This document shows positions 47,339 through 57,803 of a DNA stretch of 64,000 nt, piece after piece. The DNA is taken from assembly GCA_965262725.1 (NCBI GenBank), contig OZ253555.1:2112001-2176000 (forward strand). Reading direction: 5' to 3'. Source of the DNA: Dehalococcoidia bacterium (GTDB lineage Bacteria > Chloroflexota > Dehalococcoidia > UBA2979). Both the position numbers and the translations under genes were made by a program. Positions within the stretch are counted from its first letter, which is position 1. Each line of letters opens with the position of its first letter. The notes beneath the pieces were generated by a model that did not search any database, had not been told where the DNA came from, and saw nothing but the letters and a program-made list of their open reading frames with translations.

Positions 47339-49375
47339 TTACGCCAATCGCCGCGACAAGCTCCGCAACCCCGCAAGCCCCCCCTCCCCGCGCACGATAG
47401 TCGTCACGCGGGGAGCAACGTCGGCCGACCCGAGGCGGTAAGCAGCGCGGAGCCGCAGCCGCGCCGCGTTCGAACGCGGAACCGCGGGGTGGAATTCGGT
47501 GCCGGCCGGCGCCGGCTCGCGGCGCATCCCGCGCGGCGCCACGTCGGTGCAGGCGCCGCAGCGGATGCAGAGCGAGTCGTCCACCGAGCGCTCGCCCGCC
47601 TCGCCCGCAATCGCCCCCGTCGGACATATCGAGGCCGCCTCCGCGAGCAGCGGATCCTCCTGGTCGACGACGGCGAAACGCGAGAGGCCGGGGCAGCCGA
47701 GCGACTCGCACCGGCCCTCCGCCACGTGCGCCTCGTACTCCTCCTCGAAGAGAGTGATCGTGTTGCGCATGATGGTCGGGCTCGCCTGCCCGTGGACGCA
47801 GTTCGAGTAGAGCAGCGCGTCGCCGACCAGCTCGAGGTTATGTCTATCCTCGCGCCGGCCGCCCCCCTGCCCGATGCGCCGGAAGACCTCGGCCATCCGC
47901 TGGTTGCCGCCGTGGCAGGTCGTGCAGCGCCCGCACGACTCGTCCTCGAGGAACTCCGCGAACATCGCGTTCAGGTCGATGGAGCAGGCCCGCTCCGAGA
48001 CGAAGACGATCCCGCCCGCCCCCACAAGCGCCCCGTGCGGCCGGAATGAGTCGGGCTCGAGCGTCAGCGTCTCCGCGACGTCGGCGGAGAGGTAGCCGGC
48101 GAGCGGCCCCCCGGCCTGGAGCGCCTTCAGCCGCCCGCCTTCCGAGATCCCGCCGCAGGCCGCAAGCACACCCGGGAGCGGCACGCCCCAGGGAAGCTCC
48201 GAGAAGCCGGTGAAGCGGACGTCGCCCGAGAAGGAGAAGATCTTGGTGCCGGAGGCCTTCTCCGTGCCCAGCTCGCGGAACCACTCCCCGCCGTTCCGCA
48301 GGATCAGCGGCACGTTCGCGTAGCTCTCGACGTTGTTGACGTTGGTCGGCTCGTAGTAGATGCCGGAGGCGGCCGGGAACGGCGGCTTGGTGCGCGGCAT
48401 CCCGCGCGCGTCCTGAACCGAGGCGATGAGCCCCGTCTCCTCGCCGCAGACGTAGGAGCCGGCGCCGCGAACGACCTCGAGCGTGAACGAGAACCCCGAG
48501 CCGAGCACGCTCGCACCGAGCAGGCCCACCTCCTCCGCCTGCGCGATCGCGAGCCTCATCCGCTCCACGGCGAGCGGGTACTCGTTTCGGATGTAGATGA
48601 AGCCGTGCTGCGCGCCCGAGGCGTAACCCCCGATCAGCATCCCCTCGATCACGAGGTGGGGGTCGCCCTCCAGCAGGATGCGATTGACCCACGCGCCGGG
48701 GTCGCCCTCGTCGGCGTTGCAGACCAGGAAGCGCCGTGGCTGCTGCGCGCCGGCGAGGAATCCCCACTTCACGCCCGTCGGGAAGAAGGCGCCGCCTCTG
48801 CCGGTGAGCCCCGCGTCCATGACGAGCTGGCGCACCGCCTGCGGCTCCAGGTGGCGCTCGATCATCCGGTTCGCGGCGAAGTAGCCGTCTCGCGCGATGT
48901 AGTGGGAGATCTGCTCCGGGTCGATGCGCCCGATGTTCGCGAGCAGGCGTCTGCCCTGCTCGTTCTGAAGGAACGGGTGCCGCTCTATGGCAGGGATCCC
49001 CGGCCGCTCGCCGGAGAGCACGCCGATCGCGAGCTCCGCGGCGGCGCCGACCCGCCCCGTCGCCTCGTCGATGAGAACCCCGACCGAATCAGGCGTGACC
49101 GGCCCGAAGAGCACGGTCGTCCCGTCCGTCCAGGTGATCTGAGCGAGGGGCTGGAGCCACTGCAGCCCGTAGCCGGCCGTCCGACCGACCTCGACCGCGG
49201 CGCCCCGCTCCTCGATCGCGGCGAGCAGCGCCTCGCGCGTGGACTCGCAGCCGGCGGCGAGCGCGGAGGTGTCCCACGCGAGGTCGATGCGCGGGATCTC
49301 GGGGTGCGTCCACGCCTCGTACTCGGCGCGGGAGCGCTCCAGCATCTCCTCGAAGTAGGCCTGGGGCTCAGCCAC
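47339..49375 (-). CDS. NuoF/HydB/FdsB-like NADH-binding flavo-iron-sulfur subunit
   Basis: GLTGRGGAFFPTG, CNADEGDPG, GAGSYVCGEETGL, NNVES, ESCGRCTTC, C-terminal CIRCGAC. Confidence 0.92.
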   Translation of the reverse strand: MAEPQAYFEEMLERSRAEYEAWTHPEIPRIDLAWDTSALAAGCESTREALLAAIEERGAAVEVGRTAGYGLQWLQPLAQITWTDGTTVLFGPVTPDSVGVLIDEATGRVGAAAELAIGVLSGERPGIPAIERHPFLQNEQGRRLLANIGRIDPEQISHYIARDGYFAANRMIERHLEPQAVRQLVMDAGLTGRGGAFFPTGVKWGFLAGAQQPRRFLVCNADEGDPGAWVNRILLEGDPHLVIEGMLIGGYASGAQHGFIYIRNEYPLAVERMRLAIAQAEEVGLLGASVLGSGFSFTLEVVRGAGSYVCGEETGLIASVQDARGMPRTKPPFPAASGIYYEPTNVNNVESYANVPLILRNGGEWFRELGTEKASGTKIFSFSGDVRFTGFSELPWGVPLPGVLAACGGISEGGRLKALQAGGPLAGYLSADVAETLTLEPDSFRPHGALVGAGGIVFVSERACSIDLNAMFAEFLEDESCGRCTTCHGGNQRMAEVFRRIGQGGGRREDRHNLELVGDALLYSNCVHGQASPTIMRNTITLFEEEYEAHVAEGRCESLGCPGLSRFAVVDQEDPLLAEAASICPTGAIAGEAGERSVDDSLCIRCGACTDVAPRGMRREPAPAGTEFHPAVPRSNAARLRLRAAYRLGSADVAPRVTTIVRGEGGLAGLRSLSRRLA

Positions 49376-49913
49376 GGAGAGAGCCCTCCCCTGAAGCGCC
49401 CGGCGACACGACGCCGGGCCCACCGATCCGGGCCGGATCCTCGCTCGCCGTGAGGCGCCTCGCGATGCGCACGCCCTCGGCGGCGGTGAGGTTCCCGACC
49501 ACGCGCCCGTCGATCCAGATCTGGGGGGCGCGCTCGCAGCTCCCGTTGCACTGCTGGAGCTCGATCTGGAGGCGGCCGTCCGCCGTCTTCTCGCCGAGCT
49601 CCGTCCCGAGCACCGCGAGCATCGCGTCGCGGATGCCGGCGCCGTTTCGGAGCCGGCACGCCGGGCCGCTGCACCAGCCGACCACGACCTGCGCGGGCGG
49701 CTCGACGCGGAAGTCGGCGTAGTAGGTGACGGTCCCGTAGACGTGCGCCGGCGGGAGCTTCAGCTGCTCCCCGACGACCTCCATCGCCTCGGCGGGGATG
49801 TAGCCGTAGCGGTGCTGCACGCGGTGCAGCGCCTCGAGCAGGTCGGCGTCGTCGGGGCGGAGGTCTGAGACCAGTGCCCGGATCTCGGCGGTCGCCTCGG
49901 TCTCGAGCGGCAT
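49368..49913 (-). CDS. NuoE/HydC/FdsG-like [2Fe-2S] subunit
   Basis: LLEALHRVQHRYGYIP, VYGTVTYY, CSGPAC ... CNGSC. Confidence 0.92.
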   Translation of the reverse strand: MPLETEATAEIRALVSDLRPDDADLLEALHRVQHRYGYIPAEAMEVVGEQLKLPPAHVYGTVTYYADFRVEPPAQVVVGWCSGPACRLRNGAGIRDAMLAVLGTELGEKTADGRLQIELQQCNGSCERAPQIWIDGRVVGNLTAAEGVRIARRLTASEDPARIGGPGVVSPGASGEGSLRG

Positions 49914-50318
49914 CGGCTCTCCCGACCCGGCGCGCGCTCGCGCGCCGCCTCGTTTCAGGCGCAACTATCGCGCGCCGTTCGTGCGCGTTCAAGGAGCAGC
50001 GACGCGCGCGAGGGGAACTGGCCGCCCGGGGGCCGGGGCTCCGTCCCGGGTCCCGCCCGCCGCTGCGCCCTGCTCGAGCGCGGCCGAGGGCGGCGACGGT
50101 GTCGACGCCGAGGGCCGGCGAGCCGCCGGTGGCCCCGGGCTCGCGCAGGGATGTGACGGCGGGGGTCCCGGCAGCGGAACGACCGCGCCGGAGATCGCAT
50201 ATGTGTCGGTGATAGGCTGCGCCCCGCCTCTCGGAGTGCCGGTGGAGTCCGCAGCGGCGGGCGCGGCGCGGCGCCACGGGCGATCCGAGCGTGCCGGCAC
50301 GTCCGGGAAGGACCCCCT

Positions 50319-53300
50319 GTGAGACCGGGAGCGGCACCGCGGTACGGAACCCTGGGCGCCCTCCTGCTGGCGCTTGTGCTCATCGCCGGCCCCGCTCCAG
50401 CCTCCGCCAATGCCGGCGCCGCTACCGGCACCGTCGACGTGCACGTGCGCGTCTGGCAGGACGTGAGCGACCCCCTGCGCCTCTTCATCAGCGCTCGCCC
50501 CGCGGGTGGCCGCTGGGACACGCTGGGGACCATTCGCCTCCTCCTCGACGACGGGCTCAGCAGCAGCCGCGACGACCGCTTCGGCGACGTCACGGTCGAC
50601 GGCGTGGAGGTTCGCGTCTCGCAGCACGTGCACGAGCCGTTTCGGATCCACGTCGGCGCGCGCGTCACGGGCGGCGACCGGGACGCGCTGGGAGAGATCC
50701 GCCTCCTCCTCGACGACGGGCACAGCCCCGGCGGGCACTACCGCTACGGCGACATCACGCTCCGCGTGCCCGTCCCCGACCCCGGTCCCCCCGTGACCGT
50801 CTCGCCCGGCGGCGAGGACGTGCCGCGCCTCGCAGCCCTGACGATCGCCTTCCGCGATCCTCCGCCCCGGGCAGACGGCGGCTCGCTCGTCTCCATCGAT
50901 CCGCCCATCGAGGGCTCGTTCGCCTGGCTCGACGACCGCACGCTGCTCTTCCAGCCGGACTTCCCCGGGTGGCAGCGCGGCCAGGCGTACCGGGTCGTCG
51001 TGGACGCCGGCGCGGCGGGCCTTGCGGCCGACCACGTGCACGCGTTCACCGCCGAGGGCCGGCTCGAGGTCTCCTACGTCATACCGGGGGACGGGGACGA
51101 AGAGGTCCCCGCGAGCGCCCGGATCCTCGTCCAGTTCAGCCGCTCGGTGGCGCCCCTGACGGTGTTGCAGGAGGGCCCCGCGCCTGCGGTGCTCGAGTTC
51201 GACCCGCCGCTTGCGGGTCGGGGCGAGTGGCTCAACACCTCGCTCTACCGCTTCATCCCGACCGATCTCCGGCCGCACACGGAGTACACCGTGCGCGTCC
51301 GCTCAGGCCTGACCTCCGCCTCGGACGGAGTGCTCGGCTCCGACTACAGCTGGAGCTTCACGACGATCCAGCCTGCCGTCGCGGGCTTCGAGCCCCAGGA
51401 CGGCGCCATCCACGTGGAGCCGGATGCCCACGTCGTCGTGACCTTCAACCAGCCGATGGACCACTCCTCCGTGGAGGCGGGACTCTCGCTCAGCGAGGCG
51501 TCCGGGGAGGCGCCGAAGGAACCGATCGCGAGCTCGTTCGCGTGGAGTGAGGACTCCACCGTGGTCACGCTCATCCCCGACGAGCCGCTCGCGCTCGGCA
51601 CCGACTACGAGGTGGTCGCCCGGGGCGGCCTCAGCGGCGCCGACGGCGGTGCGACGCTGGCCGAGCGCTCGTCCGGCTTCAGGACCGTCCATCCGCCGCG
51701 GATCACCGGCACCTCTCCTCAGGACGGCGAGGAGAACGCGTACTGCTGCACCATCCGCATCTCCTACAACAACCCGATGGACCGCGAGTCCTTCCCCGGG
51801 CGCATCCTGGTCAACGGCTCCCCCGTCGAGGAACGCTCCTTGGGGAGGAGCGACAGCGCGGTCCGGATCTACGGCGCAGTCCAGCCCGGGGGCCACTACA
51901 CGGTGCGACTCGAGGAGGGGGTTCGCGACCGTGGCGGGCGGGTCCTCCCGGCCTACGAGTTCTCCTTCACCACGCGTCCCCCGCGCGTCGCTCTCCGCCT
52001 CCAGGCCGGGGACGCCGTCGCGATCTTCCCGTCGGGCGACGAGCAGATCCTGGAGTACCTCGCGACGAGCGCAGAGGAGGTCCAATTCCTGCTGCACCGG
52101 CTCTCAGGCGAGGAGGCCGACGCCCTCCTGCGCCGGGGCTTCATCGACGACGACTTCGCGCCCGGCAGCGTTCCGATCCGGGAGTGGACGGAGGCGATCG
52201 ACGACGACGACGAAGACGGCGGCACGCCGAGGGTCCGCGCCACCTCCCTCGGGGGCGGCGAGCCGCTGGCGGAGGACCACTACCTCCTGAGCGCGACGGC
52301 GCTGGGACCGATCAGGGATGACCGGGATCCGGAGAATCTTCCGCCGTCCCTGCGTGGCGCGCTCCCGGATCCGACGTGGGGGCGGGACTCCTCCCGGCGT
52401 GAGCTCGTGCTCAGCGTCGTGGACACGACGATCGTGACCAAGCTCGCCCACGACGAGCTGCTCGTGTGGGCGCTCGACTACGAGAGCGGGGAGCCGCTCG
52501 CCCACGTGGAGGTGCGCGCCGTTTCCGCCGGGGATCCCCCCTACAGCACCGCCGGGAGCGAGGTCACGGACGAAGACGGGCTCGCGCGGTTCGCCATTCC
52601 CCCCGAACGCGGCCACTACTGGAGTCCCTACGGCGACTACCTGGTCCGCATCGACGGTGGCGGTCGCACCGGCGTGGCGCTCACCTGGTGGGAGAGCGGA
52701 AGCCGTCCGTATCGCCTGGGGGTGCCCGTCTCCGGGTACTTCGCCGGGCCGCTGGGCCATCTCTACACCGAGCGGCCCATCTACCGGCCGGGCGAGACCG
52801 TCTTCTACAAGGGCGTCGTGCGCGAGGACGACGACGCCTCCTACTCCGTGCCCGATCCCGGCTCGGAGTTCACCGTCCGGATCCGCGACCCGCGCTACCG
52901 CTGGCTGACGGAGACGAGCGCTCCCGTCAACGCGCTCGGCGCCTTCGTCGGGGAACTCCCGCTTCCGGCCAACGCCCCCACCGGCAGGTACTCGATCTGG
53001 TTGCGTGACGGCGGGGGACGCCACGTCACGTCGACGTCCTTCACCGTGGCCGAGTTCCGCGCCCCCGAGTTCGAGGTCGACGTGGAGGCGGCCTCCGCGA
53101 GCTACATCGCCGGCGAGCAGATCGCGATCGAGGCGGAGGCACGCTTCTTCTTCGGGGGTCCCGTCGTGGATGCGGACGTCACCTGGGCGGCGCACTCCTC
53201 GCCGACGTTCTTCCGGGCCGAGGGCTACGAGGGCTACTCCTTCTCCGAGTACCGCCGGAGCGACGTGGATCCCCGGCGCGCGCGTGGCAGCGCTAAGACG

Positions 53301-56300
53301 GACGAGGCGGGTTCTGCCGAGATCGACGTCCCCTCGGTCCTCGAGACCGGCGAGGGGACGCAGCTCTTCACGATCAGCACGACCGTGACCGATCAGAGCG
53401 CGCAGGCCGTGGCGGGGAGCACGACGGTCACGGTCCACCCCGCCGCCTGGTACGCGGGTATCCGGACCGACTCCTACGTCGCCACGGCCGGCGAGCCGGT
53501 GACGGTCCGCCTCGTCACCGTCGACACCGCCGGACGGGCGGCGCCGGACCGGCCGGTCACGGTGCGCACCGTCGAGCGCGAGTGGATCACGACGCTCGAG
53601 AAGACGGAGGGCGGCGACTACCGCTACCGGAGCGAGCTGCGCGAGACCGAGGTCGAGGTGCGCTCCGTCACGACCGGCGAGGACGGCGAGACGTCGACGG
53701 CGTTCACGCCGCCGTCGGCGGGGAGCTACCTGCTCGTCGCCGAGTCGACCGACGAGCAGGGGCGCGTGGCGCGCTCGGCCCGCTCGCTGTGGGTGAGCGG
53801 CTCGGGGCACGCGCGGTGGTTCGTGCGCGACGACAACCGTATCGAGCTCGTCGCCGACCGTGAGAGCTACGAGGTCGGTGACGTCGCCCGGGTGCTCGTC
53901 CCCGCCCCCTTCGCGGGTGCGACGGGCCTCGTCACCGTCGAGCGCGGGCGTGTGCTGAGCGCCGAGGTCCGCACCTTCGACACCAACAGCGAGGTGCTGC
54001 TCATCCCCATCGAGCAGGGCCACCTGCCCAACGTCTACGTCGGCGTCGTCCTCTACCGGCCCCCCACCGAGGAGGATCCGCTGCCGCGCTACCGCATCGG
54101 TTACGTCAACCTCCCGGTCGCGACGGATCCGGTCGCGCTCGACGTGCGCGTCGAGCCGGATCGGGAGCAGGCGATCCCGGGAGAGACGGTGCGCTACGAC
54201 GTCCACGTCACCGACTCCGAGGGACGCGGCGTCGCGGCCGAGGTCTCGGTCGCGATCGTCGACGAGGCGGTCCTCTCGCTGGCGGCTGAGGTGGGCCCGG
54301 ACGGCCTGGGTGCGTTCTGGAGCGAGCGCCCGCTCGGTGTCAGGACGGCATGGTCGCGCGCGCCGGCGGAGCGCCAGGGCGGGGGCGACTCCGACATGGC
54401 GGTCGCCGAACCGGCCGCCGCCCCGGCCGCCGCCCGGGCCGAGTCGGCCGCGCCCGGGGATGACGCCGCGCGCATCCGCTCCGACTTCCGGTACACGGCA
54501 CTGTGGCTGGGGCAGCTCACGACCGATGCGGATGGCCGGGCCAGCTTCGAGCTGGAACTCCCCGACAACGCGACGACGTGGCGGGCCACGGCGCGGGCCG
54601 TCACCACCGAGACGCAGGTCGGCCGGGGTGAGAGCGAGCTCCTGGTCACGCAGCCGCTGCTGGTGCGACCGGCCCTTCCCCGTTTCCTGCGCGTCGGCGA
54701 TCAGGTCTCGCTGCGCACGCTCGTCCGGAACGGCACGCAGGAGGCACGGGACCTGGTGGTCACGATCGAGGCGGAGGGCGTGGTCCTCGACGCGGACGCC
54801 ACGCAGTCGGCGACGGTCGAGTCAGGCGACTCCGTCCTCTTCTCCTGGCCCGCCCGCGCCGTCTCCGAGGGCACGGCCACGGTGCGCTTCCGCGCGACCG
54901 CCACCGGCGGCTACGGCGACGCGGTCGAGCTGAGCCTTCCCGTCTACCTCGACGTGACGCCTGAGACGACGGCGACCGGGGGCGTCGTCGACGATTCCCC
55001 CGTCATCGAGGCGCTCTACCTGCCGGACTACGTCATCACCGGGCAGGGCTCGCTCGAGATCTCGCTCCAGGGGTCGCTGGTGGGCGCGCTCGATGAGGAG
55101 CTGCGTGCCTTCAGGCCCTACACGTGGGAGTCGAACGAGAGGATCGCGAGCCGCGTCGTCGCCACCGTCGCCGTCTCGCGCGCGAGCCCGAATGGCCTGA
55201 CGGAGGCGCAGGAGAGCCAGCTTCGGGCCGACATCGAGAGCCTCGCCGGGGCGCAGAACTACGACGGCGGCTGGGCCTGGTGCCGCGAGTGCTCGGGGAC
55301 GAACATCTGGGTCACCGGCTGGGTGCTGCTCGCCTTCGGGGAGGCGCGGGACGCCGGGTACGCCGTCCCGGGGCACGAGTACTCGCGCACCGTGGACCTC
55401 ATCACGGAGCACGTGAGCCGCGAGACGGACGTCGAGCGCCCCGCAGACCCCAACCAGCACGCCTTCCTGCTCTACGCGCTCGCGAGCGCCGCGAACGAGG
55501 GCGGAACGGTGAGCGACCTCGCCAGGGAGCAGGCCGCCATCGGGCGAGAGCTCGTGAACGAGCAGAGGGCGCAGCTTGCGAATTGGGGCCGGGCCTACGC
55601 GCTGCTCGCTCTCCTCGCGAGCGGCCACGACCCGGGCGACGGGGCGGTGCGAGCTCTCCTGAACGACCTGGCCGCGAGCACCGTCGCGAGCGCGAACGGC
55701 AACCACTGGGAGGATCCGCACGTGCCCGGGTCGATGCACAACACGAGCGTCCGCGCGACCGCGCTCGTGCTGCGCGCCCTGACCGAGGCCGCCCCGCGGC
55801 ATCCCCTCATCGAGGAGACCGTCCGCTGGCTCGTGCTGGCGCGCTCCGAGAGGCGCTGGAAGACGTCGGTGGAGCGGGCGCAGGGCATGGCCTCCCTCGG
55901 GGCGTTCGCGGAGCTCACCGGCGAGACCCGCGGCGCCTACGACTACCAGGTGCTGCTCAACACCCGGCGCGTCCTCGACGGCGACTTCGACGTGCCGGCG
56001 GGCGACCGCTCAGACGGTGTCGCGCTGCCCCTCGGGCAGCTGCCGGTAGGCGAGGTGAGCCTGGTGCAGATCGGGCGGGGCACCGGCCAGGAGGGTCGCC
56101 TCTACTACGCCCTCAACCTGCGCTACGTCACGCCCGCGAAGGAGATCGGGGCGCTCAACCGCGGCTTCGCCGTCTCGCGGCGCTACTCGCTGCTGGGCGA
56201 CCCGGAGACGCCCGTCACCGGCGCCTCGCCGGGAGACATCGTGCGCGTGACGGTGACCGTGGTCGCCCCCGCCGATCGCCTCTTCGCCCGCGTCGAGGAC

Positions 56301-56669
56301 TTCCTGCCCGCCGGCCTCGAGCCCGTCGACCCGCGGCTCGACATCGTGCCGGAGTGGCTCAGGGATCAGCTGCGGCGCGAGCAGGCGGAGGCGCGCCAGA
56401 GGAATGCCCCCTCCTACGTCGCGCCGTGGTACGGCTGGTACTACAACCCCTGGGACCAGGTGGATCTCCGCGACGACCGGCTCGTCCTGCTCGCGTCCCG
56501 GCTGCCCGAGGGCGTCCACGAGTACGTCTACTACGCCCGGGCGACCACGCCCGGCGACTTCTTCGTGGCCCCCGCGCGCGGCGAGGAGACCTACCTCCCC
56601 GAGGTCTTCGGCCGCAGCGACAGCGGCCGCTTCGCGGTCGCGGAGACCGGGCAGGGATCCGCGCCGTGA
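50319..56669 (+). CDS. Bacterial alpha-2-macroglobulin family protein with Ig-like (Big_5/SbsA) domains
   Basis: VTFNQPMD Ig repeats, YTERPIYRPGETV, AIVDEAVLSL, IRSDF, LPDNATTWR, RPALPRFLRVGD, EETYLPEVFGRS. Confidence 0.93.
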   Translation: MRPGAAPRYGTLGALLLALVLIAGPAPASANAGAATGTVDVHVRVWQDVSDPLRLFISARPAGGRWDTLGTIRLLLDDGLSSSRDDRFGDVTVDGVEVRVSQHVHEPFRIHVGARVTGGDRDALGEIRLLLDDGHSPGGHYRYGDITLRVPVPDPGPPVTVSPGGEDVPRLAALTIAFRDPPPRADGGSLVSIDPPIEGSFAWLDDRTLLFQPDFPGWQRGQAYRVVVDAGAAGLAADHVHAFTAEGRLEVSYVIPGDGDEEVPASARILVQFSRSVAPLTVLQEGPAPAVLEFDPPLAGRGEWLNTSLYRFIPTDLRPHTEYTVRVRSGLTSASDGVLGSDYSWSFTTIQPAVAGFEPQDGAIHVEPDAHVVVTFNQPMDHSSVEAGLSLSEASGEAPKEPIASSFAWSEDSTVVTLIPDEPLALGTDYEVVARGGLSGADGGATLAERSSGFRTVHPPRITGTSPQDGEENAYCCTIRISYNNPMDRESFPGRILVNGSPVEERSLGRSDSAVRIYGAVQPGGHYTVRLEEGVRDRGGRVLPAYEFSFTTRPPRVALRLQAGDAVAIFPSGDEQILEYLATSAEEVQFLLHRLSGEEADALLRRGFIDDDFAPGSVPIREWTEAIDDDDEDGGTPRVRATSLGGGEPLAEDHYLLSATALGPIRDDRDPENLPPSLRGALPDPTWGRDSSRRELVLSVVDTTIVTKLAHDELLVWALDYESGEPLAHVEVRAVSAGDPPYSTAGSEVTDEDGLARFAIPPERGHYWSPYGDYLVRIDGGGRTGVALTWWESGSRPYRLGVPVSGYFAGPLGHLYTERPIYRPGETVFYKGVVREDDDASYSVPDPGSEFTVRIRDPRYRWLTETSAPVNALGAFVGELPLPANAPTGRYSIWLRDGGGRHVTSTSFTVAEFRAPEFEVDVEAASASYIAGEQIAIEAEARFFFGGPVVDADVTWAAHSSPTFFRAEGYEGYSFSEYRRSDVDPRRARGSAKTDEAGSAEIDVPSVLETGEGTQLFTISTTVTDQSAQAVAGSTTVTVHPAAWYAGIRTDSYVATAGEPVTVRLVTVDTAGRAAPDRPVTVRTVEREWITTLEKTEGGDYRYRSELRETEVEVRSVTTGEDGETSTAFTPPSAGSYLLVAESTDEQGRVARSARSLWVSGSGHARWFVRDDNRIELVADRESYEVGDVARVLVPAPFAGATGLVTVERGRVLSAEVRTFDTNSEVLLIPIEQGHLPNVYVGVVLYRPPTEEDPLPRYRIGYVNLPVATDPVALDVRVEPDREQAIPGETVRYDVHVTDSEGRGVAAEVSVAIVDEAVLSLAAEVGPDGLGAFWSERPLGVRTAWSRAPAERQGGGDSDMAVAEPAAAPAAARAESAAPGDDAARIRSDFRYTALWLGQLTTDADGRASFELELPDNATTWRATARAVTTETQVGRGESELLVTQPLLVRPALPRFLRVGDQVSLRTLVRNGTQEARDLVVTIEAEGVVLDADATQSATVESGDSVLFSWPARAVSEGTATVRFRATATGGYGDAVELSLPVYLDVTPETTATGGVVDDSPVIEALYLPDYVITGQGSLEISLQGSLVGALDEELRAFRPYTWESNERIASRVVATVAVSRASPNGLTEAQESQLRADIESLAGAQNYDGGWAWCRECSGTNIWVTGWVLLAFGEARDAGYAVPGHEYSRTVDLITEHVSRETDVERPADPNQHAFLLYALASAANEGGTVSDLAREQAAIGRELVNEQRAQLANWGRAYALLALLASGHDPGDGAVRALLNDLAASTVASANGNHWEDPHVPGSMHNTSVRATALVLRALTEAAPRHPLIEETVRWLVLARSERRWKTSVERAQGMASLGAFAELTGETRGAYDYQVLLNTRRVLDGDFDVPAGDRSDGVALPLGQLPVGEVSLVQIGRGTGQEGRLYYALNLRYVTPAKEIGALNRGFAVSRRYSLLGDPETPVTGASPGDIVRVTVTVVAPADRLFARVEDFLPAGLEPVDPRLDIVPEWLRDQLRREQAEARQRNAPSYVAPWYGWYYNPWDQVDLRDDRLVLLASRLPEGVHEYVYYARATTPGDFFVAPARGEETYLPEVFGRSDSGRFAVAETGQGSAP

Positions 56670-56819
56670 CGGCCTTCCCCGCCGCGCGGGGAGGCGGCGC
56701 AGGAGGGTCGGTTCCTCAGGGCCCGTTCCCAGTCGCCGTGGCCGGGGCCCGCGCCGCCGGCGTGCTCACTCGCCGCTCGGCCCCGCCTCGAGCGCGCCGG
56801 CGGGCTCCTCCGCCGAAGG

Positions 56820-56918
56820 ACGCGCGATGGCGCTGATCCCGAGTCCCAGGCGCGCACGCCAGCGCGGCGCCGGCGAGCACCACGCTGATGAGGATCGGGG
56901 CGTGCAGGCCCAGGCGTA
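56820..56918 (-). repeat. Degenerate duplicate of the 3' end of the LPG-synthase-like gene (57890-57988)
   Basis: cgcgcgatggcg(c/g)tgatcccgag(t/g)cccaggcgc..cacgccagcgcggcgccggcgagcaccacgctga(t/c)gaggatc near-identical. Confidence 0.88.
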
Positions 56919-56986
56919 CCCCACAGCGCGTCGCAGGTAGCACTTGCAGATTGTGCAATCCCAGGGCGCCAGCCGATAATCGAACC

Positions 56987-57046
56987 TGTGAATCACCACT
57001 TTCCATGCACCACCATGGGGCGGGATCGCCACGGTCATTGAGCTAC
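56987..57046 (+). mobile_element. Solitary IS21-type terminal end
   Basis: TGTGAATCaCCActtTCcATgcACCAC-10 nt-GATCGCCAcGGTCATTGAgctAC aligns without gaps to the IS21 end at 7585->7526. Confidence 0.65.
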
Positions 57047-57099
57047 GCTGGGCGGGCCGGGGGGATCTCAGGCGTCGAGAGACATGAGGAGGCCGGGGC

Positions 57100-57729
57100 G
57101 TGATGTGCAACCAGGATGTTCCGTCGGCGGGCGCGCCTCGCCTCTACGAGATGACGATCTCGCTCATGGACGCCGGCGTGGATATCGAGCGGCGCGTGTT
57201 GGTGCCGGAGCACTATACGCTGACCGATTTGCACCTCATTATCCAGGCCGCCATGGGCTGGACTGATGCGCACCTGCATGAGTTCACCTCGCGCGACGGG
57301 ACCATGTACGGCGAACCCCGGCTCGACGAGGCCAACTTTGTCGATGAGGTGCGTGTGCTGCTCGGAGAGGTGCTTCGCGAGCCCGGGGACGCGCTGCGCT
57401 ATGTGTACGACTTCGGTGACTACTGGGTGCACCGCGTCGAACTCGCTGCGATCCGGGCCTCCGACGGGCCGGCTTGGCCTTCCTTGATCGGCGGTCGCGG
57501 CGCATGTCCCCCCGAGGACTGCGGCGGCGGCTCCGCGTACCGGGAATTGTGTGAAGAGCTGGCCAACCCGGACTCACCCGAATACGAGGAGTTCGCGGAG
57601 TGGGCCGCCGAGATGATGATCGACCTCCCGCTCGACGTGCACGCCTTCGACCTCGACGCGGCGATCGAGGCCGTGCGCCGCCTCACGGGAGCCGCTGGTC
57701 GCAGCGGGCCGACCGGGTCCCGCAGCTAG
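57100..57729 (+). CDS. Plasmid pRiA4b ORF-3 family protein
   Basis: TLTDLHLIIQAAMGWTDAHLHEF, YVYDFGDYWVH, GRGACPPEDCGG. Confidence 0.92.
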   Translation: MMCNQDVPSAGAPRLYEMTISLMDAGVDIERRVLVPEHYTLTDLHLIIQAAMGWTDAHLHEFTSRDGTMYGEPRLDEANFVDEVRVLLGEVLREPGDALRYVYDFGDYWVHRVELAAIRASDGPAWPSLIGGRGACPPEDCGGGSAYRELCEELANPDSPEYEEFAEWAAEMMIDLPLDVHAFDLDAAIEAVRRLTGAAGRSGPTGSRS

Positions 57730-57803
57730 CTACCCGAGCGAGCGCTGCTGGCGTGGCCGGGGCGGCGGCATCCCGCCGGGCGCTCGCCGGCACCCCCGAT
57801 GAA

